In this document: one piece after another, positions 26,919-37,661 of the stretch
Layout: each line of letters begins with the position of its first letter
Numbering within the stretch: position 1 is the first letter of the stretch
NCBI GenBank assembly: GCA_965211635.1
Contig: OZ242948.1
Location: 99,730-163,729, forward strand
DNA: 64,000 bases
DNA from: Dehalococcoidia bacterium
Lineage (GTDB): Bacteria > Chloroflexota > Dehalococcoidia > Bin125
Direction: 5' to 3'
Position numbers and translations under genes: made by a program
The notes under the pieces: model-generated
Seen by the model: the letters and a program-made list of their open reading frames with translations, nothing else
The model's database searches: none
What the model was told of the DNA's origin: nothing

Positions 26919-27171
26919 GAAGGAGGGAGAATGGGGCGCAGCGCATCTGACTGATTCCCTGCCTGCGCGGTCCAAGTGCTCCTCCGGCAGAGTGGCCAGC
27001 CACTTGATGTCGACGGGCAAGCCATGCTACCCTCCGATGCAGGAAAGGAGGTGATGCAACTTGGGACATAGTCAACGATCGCCCAGGTACCGACGACGCA
27101 GCGCAGTGGAGGTGGGCGCCTCCTAGCCGCTGAGACCAAACGTCGCCCGGTTACCTGGGCGAACCAAGACG

Positions 27172-27205
27172 ACCCCGAGCCGCCCAGCTCGGGGTCGTGC
27201 CGTTT
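27172..27205 (+). terminator. Candidate rho-independent terminator
   Basis: gaccccgagc cgcccag ctcggggtc: 9-bp stem followed by gtgccgttt. Confidence 0.3.
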
Positions 27206-27224
27206 AACTCGATAGCCTCGCCGC

Positions 27225-28049
27225 ATGGCCGATCCCGATCTCCTGCCGCCCGATCAACGCCTGGACATCGACCGCGTCCGCGCGTTGCTCACGACTTCCG
27301 AGGTTGGACGCAGTCTTCACTATCTCGTCCAGACGACCTCGACCATGGACGACGCCCGACGACTCGCCAACGAAGGCGCGCCGCACGGCGCCGTCGTCCT
27401 GGCCGACGAACAGACCGCCGGCCGCGGAACCAAGGGACGCATCTGGGTCTCGCCGCCCGGTGAGAGCATCCACGCCACGATCATCGTCCGCCCCGACATC
27501 GAGCAGCTCAAGCGGCTCAGCATCATCAGCCCGGTCGCCACGACCGACGCCGTCCTGGCGACAACTTCTCTGCGACCAACGATCAAGTGGCCCAACGACA
27601 TCCAGATCGAGTCACGCAAGCTGGGGGGCATCCTGATCGAAGCCGAGTGGGGCGATGGTCAGCCCCGCTACGCGCTGGTTGGGATCGGACTCAACATCAA
27701 CTTCGACCCCGCGCCCTGGGCAACGCAGATCGACCGTCCCGCCACCAGCCTGATGATCGAGCTGGGTCAGCGCCAGCAGCGCGAACCGGTCCTCGCCGCG
27801 CTGATCAACGCAATCGAGCGTCGCCTCTTGGAAGCCGCTTCGGCGGAGCTGCATCGAACCTGGAAATCAAGGCTCGACACGCTCGACAAGCCAGTCACGA
27901 TCAGCTCGCCAGGCGGTGGTGAGTTTCATGGAGTCGCCGTTGACGTTGACGAGGCAGGAGCGCTCATCGTGCGAGCAGACCACGGCGAGCGCCGGACATT
28001 CATCGCTGGCGAAGTCACGCTCCGGGAAACGACTCAATCGGAGTCGTGA
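27225..28049 (+). CDS. birA: Biotin--[acetyl-CoA-carboxylase] ligase (group I, no DNA-binding domain)
   Basis: …ADEQTAGRGTKGRIWVSPPG… and …KWPNDIQI… are BPL catalytic motifs. Confidence 0.85.
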   Translation: MADPDLLPPDQRLDIDRVRALLTTSEVGRSLHYLVQTTSTMDDARRLANEGAPHGAVVLADEQTAGRGTKGRIWVSPPGESIHATIIVRPDIEQLKRLSIISPVATTDAVLATTSLRPTIKWPNDIQIESRKLGGILIEAEWGDGQPRYALVGIGLNINFDPAPWATQIDRPATSLMIELGQRQQREPVLAALINAIERRLLEAASAELHRTWKSRLDTLDKPVTISSPGGGEFHGVAVDVDEAGALIVRADHGERRTFIAGEVTLRETTQSES

Positions 28050-31000
28050 GCGCCGGCCCTGTTCGTTCGAGAAGCAGGGCAGGCGCAGTCACTCGTCCGT
28101 CCCAGGGCAGCAGCGACCATGTTCCGTCGATCAGATCGAGCACGCAGCCACCAACGAGCGGCACCGCTTCCCGGCCCCCGACGAATGCCTGCATCCTTTC
28201 GGCCAAAGGAACTCCATCCGGATCGGTCCAATCGAGCAACCACGCCTTTACCCGTTGCGCCTTGGCGTTCCAACAGTCAGTCGGCGTGGAGTCGATGCGC
28301 CTCAGCATCTGATCCGCGTTGGTCAACCGCCGAAACGCGATGTGTACGGGTTCCACGTCCAATAGCGACGCATCTACCGTTAAGGTCGTACCGCCGCGTA
28401 CTACGGTCGTCTCGCCTAGTCCGCCTTCTGCAACGAACCGCATGCCGGCGCTTGCAGCGAACTCCCTGGCCAGCTCGCGCTCGAACTTTGTTTCACCGCC
28501 CATCGAACGCATGCGGGCATCGTCAATCTTCGCATCGACAGATCGAGGCCGACCGGTCGCATTGCCGGCCCAGATCTCGAATGCGGCCAGCGGCAAGCCC
28601 GAGGTATCCCTCACCGAACCGTTCGCGCCCGGTTCGTAACTGACCCGCACGGCGTCCAATGATGTGATCCGTTCAGACAGCGTCGCGGTCAGTTCGTACT
28701 CGGACCACGACATCGTGGCGACCGCAATGGTCCGCAAACCGGCGACCACCTTGAAGTCGCTTGGGAGCGCTTCGGCTCCACTGACCTGCTGATCGAATAC
28801 TGCTGTGATTGTGAAGGAATCGGCGGTTATCGACTCAACTCTCGGCGGCGTCTCTGTCAGGTTGCTGACCAGGAACACGCTGTCGGGCACTCTCGCTCCC
28901 GTCAGGCCGGAGATGCCGCCGCGCGAACCGGCGAGGTAGACGACACCGAACAGGTCCGGCTCGTCCGGCAAGGAGTCCGCCAGGATCAACGTCACCGCGG
29001 CTCCGCCAATCGAAACAGACTCCACATCCGTTGATAGCCCTCCCCCGACAATCTGGAATCTTGATGCTGCAATGCTCGTTGCCGACAAGGGCTGGTCGAA
29101 CCGGAGCACCACAAGTGTGCCGAAGGCATACGCGTTCTCGAGCGTCGGCGCGGCCGTCTCGTCGATCACATCGGTCTCGAACGGGGCCACGGTCAGGCCA
29201 TCGCCGGTCAGGGACTCACCGAAGTAGCTCAGGCGACGATCCTGGCCCGCGCGCAAGCCGGGCGGTGACATCTGCAGCTCCAACTCAGAGCCCTCGACCC
29301 GCTTGACCGACTCCACCACAGCCTCCCCGCTGATCGCAAATTCGGATGCCAGAGGGAGCGACTCGTCAAGCCGTGAGTCGAAGCCGACGCTCAGCCGAAC
29401 CTGGTCCGCGTGAGCGCTCAGCGCGCATGGAGCCGCCGCAGCGATCAACCGATTCAATGCCAGACGAGCCGCATCCTCCGCGCCGGAGTAGCGCAGCTCG
29501 ACAAAGTCGCCCGAGCAGATTGCCACGCCGGGCCGCAGCTCGACGGATTCGAGGGCCTCGATCACGGAGAATGGTCGCTGTTCTCCGTTGACAATCAGCT
29601 CCCATGAGTGATCTGGCCGGTCGGGCGAGCCAATCTCGTCATCGAACGTCAGAACCACTCCACCCACGTCCGAGCCAATACAGCGCAGCGCCCACTCTCG
29701 GTCGATAAAGTTGGTGACGCCAAGAGAAAATGACCCAACCCCGCGATTCCTCGCGTCGTACAGTTGCGTACGACTGGAGTCGTACTCGACGAGCACTTCG
29801 ACGCATTCGGGCGCAGCATCTTCAAGCCGGATGGTGAGCAAGTCAGCCATCGCCGAAGCCGACTTGACCGATGCGGCTACACCATCGACCGACACGTTCA
29901 GATCTGAGTGGTCGACCGACGCCAGCGCCAGCAGCGGGCCGTCAAAGCCAACCACGACCAAGTCGGGGGTCGTACGATCAATCGAGGCCGTCACCGCGCG
30001 TGCTGCGGTCAGATTCGAGACGTCCGCTTCGATGAACCCGTCGACCGTGTTGCCTGTCTCGTCCTCGAGGTTGAATCGGCCGTCTTCAATGGACTGGCCG
30101 ACGTACTCCAAGCGAACGGGCTCATCCGGCTGTAAGCGACGTGCAAGAGTCAGTGTCAACGTGTCGGACTCGAGCGCGATGTCCTCTATGCCAATCTCGC
30201 TTGCCGACTGACCAAAGACAGAGAACCAGACCAGGTCTGCGTTGTCGTCACACTCGAAGTCCTCGATCTCGCTCTCCAGGGTTTCGCACTTCGGAGGTGG
30301 TAACTGAGCGGGGTTCAGCGGTTGGTCGAAGGTGATCGTGATTAAGTCATCCCTGGCAACGATGTTCTCCACTTGCGGAGCCACATCGACGCTGTTCGTT
30401 ACTGCTTGGCTGAACGAGACCACCTGATTGCCTGCATCGTCGTCCTGCAGGCCACCTGAGTCCGGCGCGGAGTAGCTCAGTGTGATGTCCCAGCTCTCGC
30501 GAATCGGAGTCGTGGAACCGATCGTGAGCACCATCCTGTACTCGCCGTCCGTCTCCAAGGTGCGGACAACCGGATCGATGTCAGTTTCTGGCTCGGTGCT
30601 GAACCAGGACGGGTCGATAGACACGGGGGCCAGTACGCGCTGGTCAAACAGGACGGTGATGCTCTGCCCGTCGGCGTCGGTGTGTGCGCTGAGCGGGTAC
30701 GGCGCATAGTCGGTCAGGTTCTCCACAGCCAAGTCTTCGAATCCAAGCGCTCGCGTGCTGTTCACACCGAGCAGGGCGTCGGACTCAGGCGGCGAGTAGC
30801 TCAGCGAAAGCTCGTCGTTGTCTTCGACAACTGACTCATCCAGTGTCAACTGCAGGGTCTGCTGCTCAACTGCTATCGACCTAACGGCGGCGGCTGTACC
30901 GACCAGTTCAAATGCTGCCGACTCCGGAAGAGCGGCTGCGTCCAGTTCACCGTCGAAGATGACTTCCAGGACTCGACCATCGACACTGGCCGACTGTGCG

Positions 31001-34000
31001 CTCGCGGGCGTCACGTTGCGCAGCGGAAACGCGTTGATCTGCGCACGTTGTTGGCCCGGATCGTCGTCCCGGATTCTGATCGTTCCGAACGTAGGGAAGT
31101 ACGTGATCGAAATCTCGTCAGCGGCCGCGACGCGATCTGTCAGGCTGACCACAATCTTGCCGACTCCATCTGGCCCATCGGCGAACACGTGAACTTGTCT
31201 GATCCCGATACCAGTTCCGTCGAGCGTGAAGTGCTCGACTGGAAACGCCAGAGGATTTCCCTCCTCGTCTCGAAAGCGTGGGTCGGCAAAGATCTCCTGG
31301 TCAAGGATGACCACGATCTCGTCGCCGTCGATCGTCCCGGATGCCGGAATCGGCGGCGTGTCTGTCTGATTGTCAATGTCTGTGGTGAAGGACTCCGATT
31401 GATTACCTGTGAGATCGACCACGCCGCCTTGATCGGGTCGCGAGTACGTCAACGTGACCGACTCGTCCTCGGTCAGCGATTGGGACAGCGTCAACGTCAA
31501 TGTCTGACCATCGATTGAGTACGCCGTGACTGTCCTTGGGTCATCGTTGCTCAACGCGAACGACGCGAGCGAGACTGCCGCTTCGCCGTCCAGCGACTGG
31601 TCAAAGGTGAGGATCACGACCGCACCGTTGCCGACAGCGGTCGTCAGCTCCGCAGCGGTATCGGTGTTGTTGGTCAGCGACTCCGAGAAGGACGCGACCG
31701 CTTCATCGTCCAAAGTCCTGAGCGGCGTTTCTGACGGTCGCGTGTACGTCAACGTGTACTCGGCGCCCTCTTTCAGCGGAGTCGCCAGGGTGAGGCTCAA
31801 GGACATCGAGTTCACTACCACATCTTTGACCGTCGGTCCGTCCACACCAAGCGAGAACGCCGATGCAGCCGGCGTCGAATTGGTGTTCAACTCCTTCGAG
31901 AATGCGATCAGCACCTGCGATCCGTCACCGTCAACCGAACGGATCAGCGGCTCCGGGGTCCGGTTGTCCACCTCGAACCCGCCGAACGCAGCGACCTCGA
32001 GCGTTGTGCCTTGTCGCTTCAGTCTCGGTGTGTCCTCGGCCGAGTAGGAAACAGTGACCTGGTCTACAAATGCAAGCGGGGCGGCGAGTGTCAGCCTCAC
32101 ACTCGCCCCGTCGATCGAGACCGCGCTCACCGAGTGTCCTGCCGGCGTGACGCTGAAGTCGGCCATCGCGGGGACAGAGGATTGGTCCAGGGCGCGGTCG
32201 AACTCAAGCGTGACTACAGCCCCATTGGCCAACGCGCCGAGCGGACGAGGCACGCCGTCTGCCCTGTTGTCCACCGACTGGCTCGACCAGGCCGGACTCT
32301 TCCACGTGGCGTCGGCGCTCTGAAGCGCCGGGTCAGTCTCGGCGCCGGGCGACTTGTAGCCGATGGTCGCTGTCTCATTCAGATCGGCGGCCGGATCGAG
32401 GCTCAGCAACACGGTCGAGCCGCTTATCGAGACAGTCGCAACAGCCGCCGATGTCGTGCCGCCCAGCTCAAACGCCGACTTCGCAGGCGTGCCCGCCTCT
32501 GTGTCCAGTAGCGGCCCGGTCATGTGGATCGTCAACAGGCGGCCAGTGGCGTCGATTGAAGCCGAGTGGAACACGGGCGTCGGGTCCACGGTCAGGTTGT
32601 CGACTGTAAGCGACGCGAAACTGTCCACCTTGATCTCCTGCCCCGCACGCTTGAGCGCCGACTCGGTTGGCTGGGTGTAGGCAAGGACCAGTGTGTCCAG
32701 GTGGGTGACCGCAGCACTGAGCGTCAACGTCACTTCTTGTCCCGCTATCGACACGCCGGCGACTTCTGTAGAGCTCAAGCTCAGGCTGAACGCGGAAGCG
32801 GCCGGCGAAGACGAACCATCCAGTACCCGATCAAAACCCACGACCAGTACAGAGCCGTCAACGGTAGCCGAGCGAGGACGCGGCTTGCCGTCGGCATTGT
32901 TGGTCACGCTCTTCGACATGAACGCCTTGACCGCCTGCAAGTGGGCCAGAGAATGCAGTCGCGCCGCCGAAGAGTCAGTCGGCGGGGAGTAGTCGACCGT
33001 GATGGTCTCGCCAACGTCGGCCATTGGATCCAGGGATAGCGACACGCTCGACCCGCTGACGGCGACCGAATCGACCGCTGCGCTACCACCCGCGAGGGAG
33101 AACGTCGAAGCATCGGGCGTGTGCTCCTCGGACTCATCGAGAGCAAGCGAGAACGTGATGGTCAGCGTTGCGCCGTCTGCAGAAATCGAAGCGCTCTCAA
33201 ACTCCGGAGCCGGTGCGACGGTGTTGTTGGTCACCGGTTGATTCGTGAACGAAGCCGCGTCCAGGTTGTTGCGCGCTTCAATCCGAGGAGGGGCGTTCGG
33301 CTTCGAGTAGCTGATGGTGATGACCGCTCCGGCCGCCACTGCTTCGGAGAGCGTCAGGGTGACCGACTCATCGCTGAACGAGGACTCGGCGACCGTTACT
33401 CCCGACGCCCCGCCGATCGAGAACGCAGTTGCGGGCGCGACATTCTTGAGCGGCAAGTCGAACTCCACCGTCAGCGTGTCGTCGTTCACACGAGCTTCCG
33501 TGACTTCGGGCTTCTTCGTTGGCGTCTTGCTCTTGAACTGAAACCCGTAGACGTCTGCCACATTGTGTCCGCCGTCGAGCTGACGCAATGGGGACTCGTT
33601 CGGTTCGGTGTAATCGATTGTGTAGTTCGTCTCTCCGCCGGCGAGGATGCCGTTCAAGGTGAGCGAGACGGTGTCGCCGGAAATCTCTACTTTCGTGATC
33701 TCGCGTCCCTCAATCGAGAACGCGTCCCGTTCCGGAACGCTGTCTTCATCCAGCGCTTCCGAGAACACCAGGGTGACGATCTCGTACAGCGCCGACGCCG
33801 ATTGGAGCGTAGGCGGACTATCGACGATGTTGGTCACCGACCGTGCCGACCAGCTCTGCACGTGCTTGCCGCCCTGATCGAGATCCTGGAGCGGATAGTT
33901 TTCGTCGCCCAGCGCCTGGTCGTAGGCAAGCGTGACACTCTGGCCTTCGACCACTGACCGGCTCAGTTGGATGTCAAGTCGCTGGGGCGCGTCTGACGGG

Positions 34001-34575
34001 CGTATCAGGTCGGAGATGTCGGCGTCGTTGTCATCAACTTCGATGTCGAATGCCGAGAAGTCGGACCACTGGAAGCTGATGTCGCGGATCGGCTCGCAGA
34101 AGGTGACTTGTATGAAGCGGCCATCAGCGTCAGTCTCGACCGACGTGATCTCCGGCGCCGCGTCCGTGACGTTGTCGACGCTCTGGTCATCGAATGATTC
34201 GACTGCTCCCCCGCTCACTCCGACTAACGACGAAGCGCTGGGAATGTAGCTGACGCTGACGCTGCGGTCCGTACAGTCGATGTCCGCAATAGCATCTTCC
34301 AGGGTCAGACTTATCACGGCGCCGTCGATTGAGGCTGAGTCGACCGTCTGCGTCTCGTCGCCCAGCTTGACCGTGAAGTCTGCGGCGACGGCTGTGCTCG
34401 TTGCGGTCAGGTCTTCAGAAAGCGTAATCGTAAGTGTTGACCCATCGACCTGCGCCGCGCTCACCGCTGGAGGGCTCTGGGAAGCGGCGCGGCTGGCAAT
34501 CAGTGCTACTGCGATTGCCAATAGCGAGGCGGCGACGAGGGTCGCAAGCGATCCACTTCGACTCGCCCAGGGCAT
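28015..34575 (-). CDS. Giant (2186 aa) secreted/cell-surface protein with ~17 tandem ~100-aa Ig-like repeats and a unique ~170-aa C-terminal domain
   Basis: N-terminal signal peptide. Repeats follow the pattern SASIDGxxLTITFSxxLD…AFSL…VxSVxVSGxxVxLxL…TVxYxxP…LxDxxGNxxxSFxxQxVTNNT. Convergent 35-nt overlap with birA. GC is slightly below the flanks. Confidence 0.8.
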   Translation of the reverse strand: MPWASRSGSLATLVAASLLAIAVALIASRAASQSPPAVSAAQVDGSTLTITLSEDLTATSTAVAADFTVKLGDETQTVDSASIDGAVISLTLEDAIADIDCTDRSVSVSYIPSASSLVGVSGGAVESFDDQSVDNVTDAAPEITSVETDADGRFIQVTFCEPIRDISFQWSDFSAFDIEVDDNDADISDLIRPSDAPQRLDIQLSRSVVEGQSVTLAYDQALGDENYPLQDLDQGGKHVQSWSARSVTNIVDSPPTLQSASALYEIVTLVFSEALDEDSVPERDAFSIEGREITKVEISGDTVSLTLNGILAGGETNYTIDYTEPNESPLRQLDGGHNVADVYGFQFKSKTPTKKPEVTEARVNDDTLTVEFDLPLKNVAPATAFSIGGASGVTVAESSFSDESVTLTLSEAVAAGAVITISYSKPNAPPRIEARNNLDAASFTNQPVTNNTVAPAPEFESASISADGATLTITFSLALDESEEHTPDASTFSLAGGSAAVDSVAVSGSSVSLSLDPMADVGETITVDYSPPTDSSAARLHSLAHLQAVKAFMSKSVTNNADGKPRPRSATVDGSVLVVGFDRVLDGSSSPAASAFSLSLSSTEVAGVSIAGQEVTLTLSAAVTHLDTLVLAYTQPTESALKRAGQEIKVDSFASLTVDNLTVDPTPVFHSASIDATGRLLTIHMTGPLLDTEAGTPAKSAFELGGTTSAAVATVSISGSTVLLSLDPAADLNETATIGYKSPGAETDPALQSADATWKSPAWSSQSVDNRADGVPRPLGALANGAVVTLEFDRALDQSSVPAMADFSVTPAGHSVSAVSIDGASVRLTLAAPLAFVDQVTVSYSAEDTPRLKRQGTTLEVAAFGGFEVDNRTPEPLIRSVDGDGSQVLIAFSKELNTNSTPAASAFSLGVDGPTVKDVVVNSMSLSLTLATPLKEGAEYTLTYTRPSETPLRTLDDEAVASFSESLTNNTDTAAELTTAVGNGAVVILTFDQSLDGEAAVSLASFALSNDDPRTVTAYSIDGQTLTLTLSQSLTEDESVTLTYSRPDQGGVVDLTGNQSESFTTDIDNQTDTPPIPASGTIDGDEIVVILDQEIFADPRFRDEEGNPLAFPVEHFTLDGTGIGIRQVHVFADGPDGVGKIVVSLTDRVAAADEISITYFPTFGTIRIRDDDPGQQRAQINAFPLRNVTPASAQSASVDGRVLEVIFDGELDAAALPESAAFELVGTAAAVRSIAVEQQTLQLTLDESVVEDNDELSLSYSPPESDALLGVNSTRALGFEDLAVENLTDYAPYPLSAHTDADGQSITVLFDQRVLAPVSIDPSWFSTEPETDIDPVVRTLETDGEYRMVLTIGSTTPIRESWDITLSYSAPDSGGLQDDDAGNQVVSFSQAVTNSVDVAPQVENIVARDDLITITFDQPLNPAQLPPPKCETLESEIEDFECDDNADLVWFSVFGQSASEIGIEDIALESDTLTLTLARRLQPDEPVRLEYVGQSIEDGRFNLEDETGNTVDGFIEADVSNLTAARAVTASIDRTTPDLVVVGFDGPLLALASVDHSDLNVSVDGVAASVKSASAMADLLTIRLEDAAPECVEVLVEYDSSRTQLYDARNRGVGSFSLGVTNFIDREWALRCIGSDVGGVVLTFDDEIGSPDRPDHSWELIVNGEQRPFSVIEALESVELRPGVAICSGDFVELRYSGAEDAARLALNRLIAAAAPCALSAHADQVRLSVGFDSRLDESLPLASEFAISGEAVVESVKRVEGSELELQMSPPGLRAGQDRRLSYFGESLTGDGLTVAPFETDVIDETAAPTLENAYAFGTLVVLRFDQPLSATSIAASRFQIVGGGLSTDVESVSIGGAAVTLILADSLPDEPDLFGVVYLAGSRGGISGLTGARVPDSVFLVSNLTETPPRVESITADSFTITAVFDQQVSGAEALPSDFKVVAGLRTIAVATMSWSEYELTATLSERITSLDAVRVSYEPGANGSVRDTSGLPLAAFEIWAGNATGRPRSVDAKIDDARMRSMGGETKFERELAREFAASAGMRFVAEGGLGETTVVRGGTTLTVDASLLDVEPVHIAFRRLTNADQMLRRIDSTPTDCWNAKAQRVKAWLLDWTDPDGVPLAERMQAFVGGREAVPLVGGCVLDLIDGTWSLLPWDGRVTAPALLLERTGPALTTPIESFPGA

Positions 34576-34596
34576 GCCACGACACTCGTGGGTTGA

Positions 34597-35394
34597 CTAG
34601 TGGCCGCTCCAGTTGGGCGGGCGTTTCTCGACGAAGGCGCGCGGTCCTTCCTTGGCGTCCTCGGAGTTGAGCACCGTGCGGCTGACCCACTGGCCCACGC
34701 GGTAGGACTCGTCGATCTGCAACTGTCGCCACTGCTGGGCCATGAACTTGGTGCCTTCGACCGCAAGTGGGGCATTGGCGGCGATCATCTCGGCGATCTC
34801 AATCGCCCGCGGCATTAGCGCCTCGGGTTCGAGGATTTCGCGAATCAGACCCATGCGCAGCGCTTCCTCGGGCGAGACGCGGTCGGCCGTGAGCATGATG
34901 TAGAGCGCGTCGCCGATCGGCAGCATCCGCGCCAGGTGGTGGATCGCGTATCCGGGTAGGATGCCGCGCTGCACCTCGAACAGCCCGAAGTAGGCCTCGG
35001 TCGAGGCGATGCGGATGTCGCAGTCCAGCGCCCGCTCAAGGCCGCCGGCGATGCAGAGTCCGTTGATCGCGGCGATGAACGGCTTGCGCGCTCGGGAGAA
35101 AGGCATCGACTCCTTGAAGTCGTAGCCCATTGTGTTGCGCTCGCCTTCGCGCTCCTGGTTCTGCTCATTCATCTCCTTGAGGTCGGCGCCGGCCGAGAAG
35201 GCGCGTCCCGCGCCGGTCAGGATGCCAACGCGCATGTCTGGGTCGGCCTCGAGATCGGCGACCGCTTCGCGCGTCAGCCGGCGCAGATCGCCGCCCAGCG
35301 CGTTGAGTCGGTGCGGCCGGTTCATCGTCAGGACGGCGTGGTGCTCGAACTTCTCGTAGATCAGATCCGGTCCATCGCCGGCGGTCTCGGCCAT
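34597..35394 (-). CDS. Enoyl-CoA hydratase/isomerase (crotonase) family protein
   Basis: …TGAGRAFSAGADLKEM…, …AAINGLCIAGGLERALDCDIRIAS…. Confidence 0.85.
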   Translation of the reverse strand: MAETAGDGPDLIYEKFEHHAVLTMNRPHRLNALGGDLRRLTREAVADLEADPDMRVGILTGAGRAFSAGADLKEMNEQNQEREGERNTMGYDFKESMPFSRARKPFIAAINGLCIAGGLERALDCDIRIASTEAYFGLFEVQRGILPGYAIHHLARMLPIGDALYIMLTADRVSPEEALRMGLIREILEPEALMPRAIEIAEMIAANAPLAVEGTKFMAQQWRQLQIDESYRVGQWVSRTVLNSEDAKEGPRAFVEKRPPNWSGH

Positions 35395-35416
35395 CGTCGG
35401 TTCCTTACAGCTCGGC

Positions 35417-36202
35417 CTACAGGTCGGCGAGGATGTCGCGCATCTCGCGGTCGTCGACGATGTTGCCGGTAAACGTCGACGGCTGGCTGGCGATCCAGAC
35501 GCTGGCCCGCGCCATCCAGTCGGCCGACTCGAATTCCGTCTGCGGATCGTCCGGCGTGGTCAGCGCATACCAGTGTCCCGGCGTCTTGATCAGGTAGCGC
35601 AGAGTCAGCACATTGCAGGCGATCTGGTACTTCTGCAGCTCCATCGCCCAGCCTTGCGTGATCCGCTCGAGGCCGGCCTTGACCATCCCGTAGAACTGTC
35701 CGCCCTCGCGCACCTCGTCGTAGGGGCCGGGGCCAGGGAAGTCGGCCGCGCCCGAAGAGATGTTGATGATGTCGCCACCCGACTGTTTCATGTGCTCCAC
35801 CGCGTACTTGGCCAGTAGTACCGGACCGCGCAGGTCGAGCTGCCAGATCAGGTCGATGTGGCGGTCCTGCACCGTTTCCAACGTGCCCGGCACCAGCACG
35901 GCTGCGTTATTGATCAAGATGTCGAGCCCGCCGAGTTCGGAGGCCGTATTGTCGACCGCCCGCACGATTGAATCCGGGTCGCGCACGTCAAGCCGGATCG
36001 GGACGGCGTGTCCGCCGGCCTGGCGAATTTCCTCGGCCACGGTGCGAATCGTGCCCGGCAGCCGCGGATCCGGGGAGGCTTCGTCCGAGCGGGCGGCGAC
36101 CGCCACCGCCGCGCCGTGCGCTGCGAGTCCGCGCGCAATGTCGGCGCCGATCCCGCGGCTCGAGCCAGTGACCAGCGCCTTGCGTCCGTCCAGCACACCC
36201 AT
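35417..36202 (-). CDS. SDR family oxidoreductase
   Basis: …ALVTGSSRGIGADIA…NNAAV… and a YxxxK context. Confidence 0.85.
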   Translation of the reverse strand: MGVLDGRKALVTGSSRGIGADIARGLAAHGAAVAVAARSDEASPDPRLPGTIRTVAEEIRQAGGHAVPIRLDVRDPDSIVRAVDNTASELGGLDILINNAAVLVPGTLETVQDRHIDLIWQLDLRGPVLLAKYAVEHMKQSGGDIINISSGAADFPGPGPYDEVREGGQFYGMVKAGLERITQGWAMELQKYQIACNVLTLRYLIKTPGHWYALTTPDDPQTEFESADWMARASVWIASQPSTFTGNIVDDREMRDILADL

Positions 36203-36275
36203 CTCGGTCCTCCTTCCTGCTGCGAGACGGCGTCCTGCACGCAGCCTGCGCAGGCTAACACGGGCTATGGGTTCC

Positions 36276-37499
36276 TCAGATCACCATCCACCACGGGGCG
36301 GCAATCACGTTCGTCCCGATCTGCTCCACTGCGTCGCCGTCATGCAGCAGGAGCCCGGCCTTGCTGACGTCCCGGTACTCATCGAGGAACGCCCGCAGGT
36401 GCCGCACATCGCGCAGTCGCGGCGTTGCGCCCGACTTGACTTCAATCGGCAGCAGCTGGCCCGCTTGCTCGATCACGAGATCGACCTCCTGGTCGCTCGA
36501 CGTTCGCCAGTAGTAGATCTCGGCCCTGGTCGGCCGACTGTCTCGCCAGGTCAGAAGGTCGTGCAGCACGATGTTCTCCAGATGCGCGGCGCGCGGTTCC
36601 GCTTCCTGACTCAGTCGCAAGGCCAGGCCCGTGTCGCTCCAGTACGCCTTGGGCGACTTGATCAGACGCTTGGTGCGGTTGGATGTGTAGGCGGGCAGTC
36701 GCACGAACAGATAGGAGGTCTCCAGCAGGTTTAGATACCGGTGAACCGTTGACTGTGAGAGCGAGAGGTCGCGGGCCAGGTCGGACTGGTTGAGGATTTG
36801 GCCGACACGCAGGCAGGTGGCCCGCATGACGCGGCGGAAGTCTGGCAGGGCGGTGATGTTGGCCAGGTCGCGTAAGTCACGTTCGAGGTAGGTGCCGACG
36901 TACGCGTCGAACCAGATCGCCCGATCCTGGTGATGCGTCAGTTGCAGCGCAGGCACGGGGAATCCGCCCCGTCGCGCAAGCTCCCGCCAATCTTCCCGCT
37001 CGCTCGGCAGGGACCGCAGCAGCTCGGCCCACTGTCGGTGATCCGTCTCCAGTAGCCGCTCCCAGAGACCGTGGGGCCTGAGGCCGAGCTGCTCGCGGCG
37101 GGTCATCGGCCAGAGCGTGAGGTAGCTGGCGCGTCCGGCCAGGGACTCCGAAACACGTCTCATCAGCAGCAAGTTGGCCGAGCCGGTCAGCAGGAACTGT
37201 CCCGCCTGCCGGCGGCTGTCGACCGCGCTCTTGACCGCCTGCATCAAATCGGGCTCGCGCTGGACTTCATCCAGCGTGAGCGGCGTCTCGCCACCGATGA
37301 GCAAGCCGGGATCCTCACGGGCCGCTGAGCGAGCGTCGAAATCGTCTAGTGTTACATAACGTCGACTGTCGCCGGCCAGCTGCCGCGCCAGCGTGCTCTT
37401 GCCGGTCTGTCGGGCGCCGGTGACGACGACGACGGGCATGACTCTGAGTTGCTGCTCAAGGCTGTCGACGGCGAGCCGCGGGAGGATGCGTTCGTCCAT
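36276..37499 (-). CDS. AAA-type ATPase, DUF4143 family
   Basis: …VVVTGARQTGKSTLARQL… Walker A. C-terminal DUF4143-like region. Confidence 0.75.
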   Translation of the reverse strand: MDERILPRLAVDSLEQQLRVMPVVVVTGARQTGKSTLARQLAGDSRRYVTLDDFDARSAAREDPGLLIGGETPLTLDEVQREPDLMQAVKSAVDSRRQAGQFLLTGSANLLLMRRVSESLAGRASYLTLWPMTRREQLGLRPHGLWERLLETDHRQWAELLRSLPSEREDWRELARRGGFPVPALQLTHHQDRAIWFDAYVGTYLERDLRDLANITALPDFRRVMRATCLRVGQILNQSDLARDLSLSQSTVHRYLNLLETSYLFVRLPAYTSNRTKRLIKSPKAYWSDTGLALRLSQEAEPRAAHLENIVLHDLLTWRDSRPTRAEIYYWRTSSDQEVDLVIEQAGQLLPIEVKSGATPRLRDVRHLRAFLDEYRDVSKAGLLLHDGDAVEQIGTNVIAAPWWMVI

Positions 37500-37661
37500 G
37501 CGTGAATGATATTCGTTCTCTCCGTGAGTGATAATCAGTCAGTACATGAATGGTATTCGCTCACTAGGTGAATAGATTGCACGACGCCCGGAAAGAACGA
37601 GCCGTCGCGACTCAGCGAGCGAGCTTCCACTCCCGCTCCGCGCCGGGCATAGACTGAGCCC

